Positions 1 to 11,600 of a stretch of DNA of 64,000 bases are shown in pieces. The notes beneath the pieces are model-generated. The model saw nothing but the letters and a program-made list of their open reading frames with translations, ran no database searches and was not told the DNA's origin. The stretch spans positions 9,610,001 to 9,674,000 of the forward strand of contig OZ176053.1 in NCBI GenBank assembly GCA_964247055.1. Reading direction: 5' to 3'. The DNA is from Paragordius varius (Eukaryota > Animalia > Nematomorpha). A program made the translations under genes and the position numbers. Position 1 is the stretch's first letter, and each line of letters starts with the position of its first letter.

Positions 1-1152
1 GATGCATCATTCGAATTGTATCTAAATATCGCAGACTATACGCAAGTTGATATTTTTAAAAAACTACAGAAAGAAACAGTCCCAATTTAAATTTATGCTA
101 TCCTTATAAAAATTATACAGAGCTAAAATATCTAAATAAAATTTAGTTTTGAAACAACCATATCAAACTACTCCGACGCCATTTTTTACAACATTTTTAC
201 AAAATGTCAGGTTTATTTATGGTTAATTCTTAAATTAAGGCTAATTTTTAGAATAAATCTCATATAATATTAATAGCAGGTTTATTTTTAATATTTTTTA
301 ATTTTGGTTATGCACAAATGTCCTGACTAAAGTTTTAGCTTTGGGCCTTTCTATAAAACAAGTAATATCTTAAATATTTTTATATTTTAGTTCATTAATG
401 TTATATAAGTGCAAACCCATACCATGGTTTCGATTCCTTCCATACTTTTGAAGTATTCATTTTAAACAGGCCTGGGATAACCAAATACCACAATTTGCAT
501 CGAAGGACTGAAACGAATGCGTTACCAAGTGTTATATACAACAAAGTTATAATTGTCTTAAAAATAATATAAATACCGGATAAAAAATAATTAACAAAAT
601 TTTTTTATTTTTTAGAATAATGGTTTTTAACACTTATACAATTCGATTCAAGGGGGGATTTTAATTACCAGATTATATTTGGTTGGTATTTTTAATAAAA
701 TAAACGGTCTCAATATAAATTTATTCTTCTATCCTACTATAAATTATAAAATTAAGTTAAAACATCTAAATAAAATATAGTTATTATAAAAAGTTTCGCA
801 TCGAAATACTTCGGCACTTTTTCACATCATTTTTGAAAATATCGTATTTTATTTTAAAGCTAAAATAAATTTTTTTGGAACACATCTAACATTGATATAA
901 GAAATACTGTTTATTTTATATTATTTTTAAGATTATAATGCAATGTTATGTTGACTAATTTTTTACCTTTGGTTTTCGCGTTAAAATTAGTAATATCAAG
1001 TATTTTTAAATAATTTTTTTTATGTTTATTAATGTTATTTTGCAAATGCCATTTTAATTCCTTCCAATTTTTAAAGTTTTTGATTTTTAACAGGCCTATC
1101 TAACTACAATTTGAATCGAAGCACTAAAACGAATGTCTTGTATCCAACGGTT
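1..1152 (+). mobile_element. Two tandem copies (<1-~533 and ~626-1152) of a ~540 bp TTAA-type MITE (family M2, piggyBac-like ends), directly upstream of ssh
   Basis: Left end TTAACACTT at 627; right ends ACCAAGTGTTA(T)A and TATCCAACGGTTGA. Homologous to the copies at 14029, 21725, 30547 and 61230. Confidence 0.7.
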
Positions 1153-1167
1153 GATTTATTTTATAAA

Positions 1168-1227
1168 ATGCCTGGTTTAGACGTTTCCATTGATAAACAC
1201 ATCTGTCAACCATATGTGCTTTTGTAA
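1168..1227 (+). promoter_or_regulatory. 19-codon upstream ORF whose TAA overlaps the proposed ssh ATG (TAATG)
   Basis: ATG at 1168 reads MPGLDVSIDKHICQPYVLL to TAA at 1225-1227. The ssh ATG is at 1227-1229. Confidence 0.4.
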
Positions 1228-4200
1228 TGTTGATTACGGTTGATCGCTGCTGCCCTAAAAAGGTATTTTAAATCTTATAACAAATTTTTAATTTTACTTT
1301 ATAATTTAGGATAATCAAGCAAACAATGATGCATTAGATCCTGATTTTACCAATTCTACGGACAGGTTAAATATAAAATTTTATTTTATATATTTTATAG
1401 CCAATAATTATTTTTTAATTTTTGGTGTGTGAAACAGTAATATCAACCGCTTTATTAAATTCAAAAAACATACTAGTATTAAATGCATGTCTTAATATTT
1501 TATATAATTAGGTCTTTTTTTTAAAAATAATCAGGAATTATAATAAGCTGTAATAAAGATTATTTGCCTAATTTTTGTTGAACAAAGCTAAAGTTAATAA
1601 TGAAAAAATTCATTCACCGAAATCGGTGCCGTAATTTTTTATTATATTTGGTTTTAATTAATTTTACATTAAGATTTTATAATGAGGTTACTAATCAATA
1701 TATGTTTTGAATTTCATCTACTATATGAAATACTAATAAATTGCCTTTATATATTAAAATTCAACTGAATATATTGTTAATATTTCCTAAAAAGGTTTAC
1801 TTAACCTTATTAATTTATAATTAATGAAAATATTTTTTATATAATTTAATTTTCTATGTTAAGTGCTGGTATTATCCCCACCAATCAAATTAATAAATAT
1901 TTTTTTTAAAAAAATTGTCAATAGCATATTTTTCATTCTCAGCCCTTCTAACATTTATTTTATTTTAGTATATTCGCTATATAATTTTTAATGGATTGCA
2001 TTTATCCTTGAAACGTTGAAATATAATGAATATATACATGTATATCCATATATATTATATAATGTGTATATCTCGTTTTTCTATTGCCTTAAATAAAATA
2101 AATTAGCTTGGAAAATTGTGTGCGAAATCGATTCGAAAATTTCTTAATGGTTAAGGGTGCCGCCTGTTATATTTCATCACTGTCATCTTTGGCAAATGAT
2201 ACACAATCGTTTTGTGAGATAGGGAATGCGAAATTATCCAAAATTGAAGGCCATTCTACAGGTTGTAATGCTATTTTAGAATTTTTGAAAAAATTATTTG
2301 ATACATACACGAAAAGCGGGTCTTTATATGCGTTATAACATATTTAATTCAGGTGAACTCAAGAATCATTTAACAAGCATGTATAAACTTATAAGGCCCA
2401 CCGATCACATACAATTAGCTGTAAAATTGGAAAGTTTGCTTGATCCAACCTTAGAAAATTCGCTTAGTATACGTTACATGATTTTGCTTTCTAACGACCA
2501 TGAAATTTCTGTTGATGGAAGAATTGTTGAAAGCCATTTGATTTTAGGGATTGACGGTATGTGCGATAAAAATATTAATTTGGAAAATGACCTGGAAAAA
2601 GAAACATCTCAATCTCAAAATAATATTACATTTCATGTCGGCTTGGTGCTACCCTTTAAACCTGCAACCACAAGGATAAATTTGGATGGGGAAGGGGCTT
2701 TATTGATAGATTCATTGCATTATGATGGTTGGGCACTGACTGAATCTCAAATCCAAACTCTGGGAAACGAAAACAACACATCCAAAGCAAACCTAAACTC
2801 TGGTGTTTTAGATTGCAATAACAATCATATACTTGATAGCAAGCAGCAAAATCATTCCATGATGAGATGCGTTAGACATCATCATCATTACTTCAAGCCT
2901 GTATCTGTCCAAGCTCTTTGGACCTCAGTTCAATGTTTTCATCGGTATCTCAATGTGAATCAACTACGAACTTTAACTGATGAGAAAAACGGTACTAAAT
3001 ACGATGAAAAATCATGTCCGAATCAATGGACGTATGACGCCTGGTTAAAACATTATGCAACTTTGTGTCTTACTCATACACGTCTTAGCGGTAGAGATAG
3101 TGTCGCACTCCGAGAATGGCATGCATTAGCGCCTACGGATGAATCCTCTTCCTCTAAATTATTTTATGATTTAGGCTCCAAACATTACCATTTGTACTAC
3201 AATAATAATTCCTCAACTGCTCAAGAATTCAACCCTGATAATAATAATAATATAATGAAAGATGATATAAATGGCCATCTCTCATTAACGCATAATACAA
3301 AAAACGATCCTATTGATTGTCAACTTAAAGCTATTATCATGGATCGATTAAGGGATATTATGGCAAAAGTTGATTTAGAGGATATAACATTTTCCCAAAT
3401 TCGTAAGCTGTTGGAAAATGAGCTTGAATCCTCAAACTTAACATTTTCCCCTAAAAATAATTCCGTAGTTAAAAATGATGATGATATCGGTATAACGTTT
3501 GGTATTAAACCCAAAAAACTTAATGTATTGTCACATGACTTTAAAGTTTTCATAGAGGAGCAAATTCTCCTTATAATGGGACAAATGGATAAGGCAACTC
3601 CTATCACCTCAAACTTATTTTTAGGGAGTGAATGGAATGCATCCAACCTTGATGAACTAAGGGCCAACAGGTATGATTTAAGTTTTAAAAAAACCATATT
3701 TTGATTTTGAAAGCTTGACATGGCTAATATTTTTATATAATTTGATACTCTATTAACGGTTTAAGTAAATTATAATTTATAAAATTACATTATATCTTTA
3801 ACCTTTTTACATTTTGACTCTAGGATTGGTTACATCATAAATGTTACGAAGGAAGTTGAAAACTTTTTCCCCACATATTTTTGTTACCAAAACATTCGTG
3901 TCGCAGATGATGAATCCAGTGATTTACTTTCTCAATGGGATAAAACCAATAAGTAATTAATTTTGGGTCAAAAACAAAACATGATTATTGTAAAAATATT
4001 ATTCTCTGAACTTAAAAAACTATATAGTGAATAAAATTTTTATGAATTATATAGAAAAACCTTTTTTTTAAAAAAATATTTTTAGATTCATTTCACGAGC
4101 AATAAAAAAGGCACAAAAAAGCTTTAACACTTTCACATCAGAGATGAAAGATCGCTGCAGCGATGCAGAAAGCCAGAGTAGACATAATGTATCAGATTGC

Positions 4201-7200
4201 GAAAATTCCCAGCTATCTTTTAACACCATTCATGGAAATGAAAAGGAATGGTAATTTTTTGAATTAAACTATTATATATTATTTGTGAAATTAAATTTAG
4301 GGGTGGACCTTATTATAATTATATGCATAATACATTTACTCCCTTATTTTTTATGATTATTGATCTTTTAATTAAGTTACCACAAATGTTATATTCAACA
4401 CAAATGGGACCGCCCAGTTTATGAGAAACTTGTTCATTTTATAAAATAGTTTTATTGATTTAGCATAAAACTAATAATAATAATGTACATATTAGTATGT
4501 ATTTTATATTGGTGTATGATTGCTAAACTATTCTATTATCCTTTTTAGTTATGATATAAAAGAAAAGCCATCAAATAATGATGTCAATGGATCAAACATT
4601 TTAGTTCACTGTAAAATGGGAATAAGCCGATCAGCGAGTGTAGTTATAGCCTATATTATGAAATCTAAACGGATGAATTTTGAACAGGCATTTGCATTTG
4701 TAAAATCTAAACGTTCGTGTGTTAATCCTAATCCACATTTTGAGAAACAACTTTTGACCTACCAGGGTATTTTGGATGCTAGGTAGGTACATCTATTTTT
4801 TTGCAATAAACTTTTTTCGACATTTGCAGAAAAAATATATAATATAATAAAATTAATTATCCAAATTAATACTCGTTTGCCTAAATTTCCAACCTGCTTA
4901 TTATAATTTTTTGCTGTTAGTCAAACCCGCAATCTCATTTGGAGATCGAAATCGGAATCACAACTTAAGCCTTATTATTTGAAAAAGTATCATCAAATGG
5001 GCCCGACTCCTTGCGACACTCTTGAAATAAATGATAAAGACGTTCAAATTACAAAAGATTTTACAATGAATTCAGATGAAAATATTTTGGATGTGACAGA
5101 TAGTAATACAAAAAGTAAATTATCTGCAAGACAATTCAAACGAACTCAGGTCACAAAAGATGGCAGTATTTGGCGCGGAGTTTGCCTTCCAAAGTTTCAT
5201 TCATTCCGCCAACAATCGTATGATAATGGTCGCAATTCTTTTACGCTAACCATGCCATCCAGTATTAAAATTAATTTTTAACGGTTAAATGTTTTAATGT
5301 ACATTGTATTATAACCATTTTATATAACAATTTTAGAGAATACAGAAAAAACTCAGTCTCCACAAATCAAGTCGATTCCATCGCAAAATAAGCACGAAAA
5401 ATCGGTAATTAGCCCTACAATTGGGCAGCCTGAAATATTTCTTGTATCAGATTATCCAAATTTAAACAATAATCCTAATATATCAAACCAAATTCCTCGC
5501 TATCGAAATGTTGGTATGCGCCGTGTTGTAAGTTTTTCGTTACCAAGCACAAGAAACTCCCTTCCATCCCATCAAGGTAATGAGGAAGAATTTTTACATC
5601 GTCGGGATTCGGATGACTCTGACAATTTATGCAATAGTTGGAATAAAAATTACAATTCCTACACTATCTCAGGCTATCGTAATCATAGTTTAAGAATAAA
5701 TTTTCCTCATACAATATTACCTCCAATACCCTCCGACCGATCTTCTCTTTCTTTGGGTAGAAATGATTCTCTAATGGGAAACAACTCAAAATCGTCCCTT
5801 ATAGATTTATCCGATTTCGATCGGCAACAATATATTGCTTTAAGGGCTATTTTTGATGGTAACACCCAACATCACCAAAATCTTCAATCACAAACCAAAG
5901 GTGTTAATGGACCAAATCCAGACGGTTTTCTTTTTTATATCCATTTTTTTGTTATGCTCATAATTCATCATATGCTTTTATTTCTCTAACAATTTTCTTG
6001 ATTATTAGAAATAATGGCAAAACCCAAATGCAAATCCAATTCCTCTTTTAGCTATAACTTTATAAAATCAAAATTGGTTTTCCTTTGTCACGCAATGCTC
6101 CAACATCATTATTTTAAACAACAAATTGCCAAAAAGCCACCTCCAACCAAGAAAAAATTAATTGATACCCATTTAGTTAGGTATAAAATTATTAATTATA
6201 TTAATCAATCCGATATATATTTTAAATTAATATAGGAGTTTTTTTACCGTAAAATTAGTTTTAATAATCTGGCATTTAAAATAATTTGTTAATTAGCATG
6301 TTTTTATCCGCATTTTATTATAAAATCTTAATCATTCGAGCTTAAACATAAATGTGGTTAACGGTGAAACAGTTTTTTTAAAATAACTAATCATTCCTTA
6401 TAAATATTCTGTAGTCGTGTGGAGTCAATTCCTGGAAAACGCGCAACTATAAAAACAACACCCAAAATATCTTCTGGTTTGGTAAAAACTAAAACTCAAA
6501 GTAATTTTTTACAAATTTATTTGTTTGGCATAACACAGTAAAAACAAAAAATGAATAGTAAAAATCATTAATGAAAAAAAGAAAGGGTAACCTACGAAAA
6601 GGAAATGATAAATTTAAAAACACGTATTTTAATGAAAAATTAATGTTTGATAGTTTATTTTCGTATGGTATTTTCTTTTCTCTTCCTTATAACAATCATT
6701 TTTTAAATATATTTTCTATGTTTGTTTTTACCAGGGCTTGTTACCGGTACCAAAATTTTATTGGAATAATAAAACTTAATAAAATTGATATATGGAACCT
6801 GAAATCGATATAAAAATAAAATTAATAAGTTGGAACTTGGACGAACCGGTTCTTGGTTAAAATAGGTCTAGAAATAATTTTTATTCATTTATTTTTTGCA
6901 TATGCTCAGAATACGAAAAACTAGCAAACGGATTCATAGATTTAGTAAATGTCGACAATAACAAAAATGAGGATGGCTTTGATTCATTCCCCGCCTCTTT
7001 AAGACCCAAAACATGGTATGGATCATCGACCATAAACCTTATTGAAAGTAGGAATAAAGGTGGTTTAACGAATAATGACCCGGGAACTACAAAACCCGAA
7101 AACGAACGAAATCACACACAAAATACTGCTTTTCCTCACGGATTTGCGCGATCTAGATCATCGCTTTTTACTAGTCCATTGTACAGTGTTAAATCTTCCC

Positions 7201-8150
7201 CACAACAAAATTGTATCAATAATACCCCAAATATTGGCATAGTTACTTCAAAACCACCCACATCTCCTAAACACAGGGCCATCCAAACATTTAAACCAAC
7301 TTGTCCCACTGATTACGGTAAAAATGATGTATTGAAATGTGCCTCCTCAAATAACTTAATTTTATCACCCTCTTTGACTCCATCTTTCACTCATACCCGA
7401 AATCACATGGCTCTGGGGAGTGGATTAGTTAAAAGTACAGCGAATAAATTTCTAGAAGCGAATATCAAAACTGTAGCATGCACTTGTAATAAAAAAAGCG
7501 AAATACCTACTTCACTTTACCCAAATTCTCAACGAACCAATAATGATCTCTTTCCTTCATCTCAATCCGCCACTTCTTTGTCCACATTAAGCAATTTAGA
7601 ATATACTCAATGTTTAGCTCACAAAAACACGGCCAAACTTAATCATAGAAAGAATAGTTCCAATTTCATTAGTTCTTATTTTCGGAACTATGATATAACC
7701 AGTAAAATTTATGCATTTACTACCAAAAACAATCAGCCTTTTACAGCAACACCTAGTAAAAAACCTTTAGAAGTTCACATGCCTAAACCCATTTTGGATG
7801 GTCAAGACCTTAATAATAAAAATATGCCCAAAGATAACATTAACAATGGAGGAGATTTGACGTGTTTGAAACGCAAGCGTGGCAATGCATTAAAACAGCA
7901 TCAATATGTCTTATTACTAAATCAAAAAGATAAATGTACTCCAAAACCAAATCGAACGCGAAACACCGACCTAACCTATACTTTTTTGACCCCTAAAAAG
8001 GATATAAAAATGAATGCTTTGAAACTATCATTATCCAAGTCTCTTGATTTAAATGGAAATAAAAAATCGAATACTGCTCCCAAGTCTCCATCTACTAAAA
8101 AAACTTCAACGTTTTATGAAACTTTGCGACCTACGACCCTCAAAACTTAA
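1227..8150 (+). CDS. ssh: Protein phosphatase Slingshot homolog (SSH-N, DEK-C-like and dual-specificity phosphatase domains, long low-complexity tail). Proposed exons: 1227-1262, 1310-1365, 2107-2261, 2353-3670, 3824-3952, 4086-4249, 4377-4431 (tentative), 4549-4782, 4921-5261, 5337-5924, 6009-6180, 6415-6500, 6910-8150
   Basis: N-terminus MLITVDRCCP resembles SSH MALVTVQRSP. SSH motifs present: FLMVKGAA, HLTSMYKLIRPTDHIQLAVKLES, FKPVSVQALW, IMAKVDLEDITFSQIRKLLE, FIEEQILLIMGQMDKATPITSNLFLGSEWNASNL, YIINVTKEVENFFP, catalytic VHCKMGISRSAS, NPNPHFEKQLLTYQGILDA, WRSKSES. GT-AG junctions keep the frame through to the TAA at 8150. Confidence 0.93.
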
Positions 8151-8678
8151 ATATTAATACCATTAATTTAACATTTAAGCAGAATATATGAGATTATTTT
8201 TCGTGCCTTATATCAATATAGTATTAATCCATGTACATATATTATTTTTTATGCTTTATCTGTTTATAAGGAATAAATGTTGAAAATATGTCGATTCGAA
8301 GGTTTTAAAATAATAGTGATTAAGATTACAAATCAACCCTTTAGAATTGAAATGGTTAAATAATTATTGTTGTTATAAAATATTTCAAAATGAGATTTTT
8401 AAGATCTAGGATGATAAATAATTTTATAAGATAAAAATTGCATCCCTGTTATAAAAATGGTCTTGAAAATGTTTTTTAATGTATAGTAAACATGTTTAAG
8501 TTTATAGCTAAGTAATAGATGTTTTTTGTCCAACACCGAGTTTTTTACATTATCCAAGATTTATTTGTAAATCAAAATATTTTATTAAAAATAAAATGGC
8601 ATGTTTAAAATCTATATGATATATGTTTTTTCGGATAATATTAAACTTTTAAGATAAATGATGGTTAGAATGATATAT

Positions 8679-11600
8679 TTATATAGTTATTATAAATTTG
8701 CCCATTCGCGATTTGCATATTTGTGGTTTATATGCAACTAAATATTCCTTTCCTACCTCCAAAGTTAGAGGACCAAATTCGAATTCAAGACTTTCGGATC
8801 CCTAAATTATGTTAAAAAATAATATAATGTAATTATTTTTAAGAGTAAAAACCCTTAGCTTACGGGATTGTTCCGGATATTTTTGCCATCAATAATAACT
8901 TTTTCTGCAATGTCTTGCAAAAAGATGGAATAGGTAGCATTTGGATAGATTTGCAAATAATTGGTATGTATTTTTAGTGTGTCATTATAGACACATACAT
9001 AATCGCCTTGTAAAATATCTCTCTTTTCTATTAAAATATAGTAAAAAATATATCAATTAGTTATAGGGCAGAAACAAATGGTAAACATGTTCAATCGATT
9101 AACATATGAAACATGTTTAAAAATATTAAACGTTGCGATTAGTAAAAGAACATCGGCGCTTTGGTAGACCACACAATTGCAAATACGCTAAGCTCGAGAG
9201 TTAGTAGATGATCAACTAACTCAAACTTAACAAAAATTGGCGGAAACATATAACAAAAAGCAACGAGCACTGGATCAATAAACTCGGAAACTGGACAAAA
9301 TTTGAAAGAACGTCATATTGAAAATCGCAAAATTAGAAATCCTGCCTCAACCTCACGAAAGGAAATTATTTTCACATCGAATTGGGACAGTTGATGTAAA
9401 GTGGCTTCATTTTGTAAATCTAAGGCGAAAAAATCGTGGCTTTTGCCAAGCCGGTTCATCAACACCAGCAAATCGTTTTAGCAAGAAGGTTGCCTGTGCC
9501 CGGGAGAGCGGTATTGTGCATTATAAACTTTTAGAACTCGGTGAAACCGTATAAAACGCTATCCCCGACAAATTAAACCTAGCATTAAACTAAAAAAGAT
9601 CGGAATCGGCCAGAAGACAAGGCAAAGTTATTTTGCTAATAACAATGCTCCGTTTCACACAGCCAAATCGTGAGATTTCAAAATCACCTTAATGGATTCT
9701 TTCACATCCGCTCTCTCCTGGCGAATTTGACTAGTACGATTTTGAATTGACCACACCCTCGCAGAGGAGCACTTCAAAATTTTGAAGAAGTTAAAAAAAA
9801 ATGACTTGACTAATGGTTTTCCGCAAAATACAATCACTTTTTCTGGTACGGCATTTATATGCCTGAGAGATGGAAAACGTGTAGAGGCCGATGTATAATA
9901 AATTTATTGATTCCTTTTAAAATTACATTTTTTACCAAAAAATCGTTATGACTATACCTGGTAGTCTATTTTCGGTAAAATTTTTAATTAAATTAATGCA
10001 TTCAATAGAAGTTTTATACATTGAATTGTCAAATGATTTTTAAAAAGGGTGTTATATATTATATCCAAATCAATAATTTTTTTCTTAACTAAATTGTTGA
10101 TCAAACAGATATATTTGGCCAGTTTTAAAAACATAATATTTTTCACCGCATAATCGCATTTTTTAGGTAAAATATTATGCCAAGTACTCCCTTCCGAAAC
10201 AAACCCAAAATAAATCTTATTTAAGGAAGACGCTCACGATTAAAAATTAGTTTACGTGCTTTTTTCATACATTAATATTTATATAATGTATAAAAGGTAT
10301 AAAATTTGGTTAATACATAATTTTATACATTTTTTAAAATATATTAGCCTATATTTTTTTTCGCGACTCATTTAAACTGAAGCTATTAGCTATCTAATGA
10401 TCTCCTTAAATACAACAAATTTTATTGAGTACAGTATACTGATGCGAGTAAAAATGTCTTTGGACAAAATATTATAAAGTCATCTGCTAATATAAATTAT
10501 AATTATGTGAGCGACACATTCTCAAAATTTTATTTCAATTTTTTTAGAATATCGGTTATATATGTTGCTTGAATTTTGATGTAATTATTGAAATTGATGG
10601 TTTCATTACAAAAGTAAGTTTTACATCTCCTAAAAAATTACATCATTAAATAAGTCGCGTTTGATGATTTGATTATTACATTTGTAATAGAAGTGTTATG
10701 AATTTATTTCAATTGGAACTGGTTCTAGGTCTATTTTATGCCTTTGCTTCCGATAACCGATTTTTTATAAAAACGGTTTTTGATCAAATGATTCCGGCTT
10801 AGGAGCAAAGAATTCTAAACTCGGTTCCAATTTTAAATTTAAGGATGATGCATTATTTTGATATTTTCTAAAAAATCAAAAAACTTTTTACAATTACAGA
10901 AAAAACAAAAAGCTAGAATTCCCTGTGATAAAAATTAAAAAAGAGAAAACGATTAATATTATTTTTTGGAGTTTAGAACCGCGGTTCTATTTTTAGAAAC
11001 AGTTCCGAAGCCGTTTTTTGAAATTTAATTGGTTTCCAAAAATACTACTAAGTTGTTCTAGTTCCAATCCCTATATTTAATAATTAGATTAGAAAACCCA
11101 ATTTAACAATTTTTTGGCTGATGAAAATTATTTATTATGTATTACCATTCAGTGAGTTTCCATCGTCTACATATTTTAGGGATAAATAAGTTTTAAAAGA
11201 TATATTTTAAATAATTTTAACAAAACCAATAACATAATATGTTAAATCCAAATTATTTAAAGCTATATATTAAAAATCGGAAAATTATTTTTTGTAAAAA
11301 GAAGAAAAAGAAGGCCAGTATTAGAGGGGTTAATGGGTTCATTTATTTTGCCAGTAAGTAGCCCAGGGCTCGTGAAACATTCACTTGATTGTCAGCTTAA
11401 AGTGGGTTTTAAGAAAACTATAATGGAACCTTGATAAAATTTAAGTCCTTACCCTTTAGTATTAAAGGAAAAAAACTAACTTGTACTAAAAAATAGAACT
11501 AAGGAATATAAATATTTGTTTAGTTTTATAATTATTGTTTGAGGTTTTGTAATTTTTCCCAAAAATTAACAAAAAATCTTTTAATAACTTAGTCAAGCTG

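Noticed and set aside
3320-3721. 133-aa minus-strand ORF
   Set aside because: Antisense shadow of the large ssh exon.
9990-10500. Possible extra gene A exons (DDFIIFCPK..., SSLNKIYFGFV..., VKKKIIDLDII)
   Set aside because: The exon at 8864-9027 aligns far better with gene B, so these are probably chance open frames. They cannot be fully excluded.
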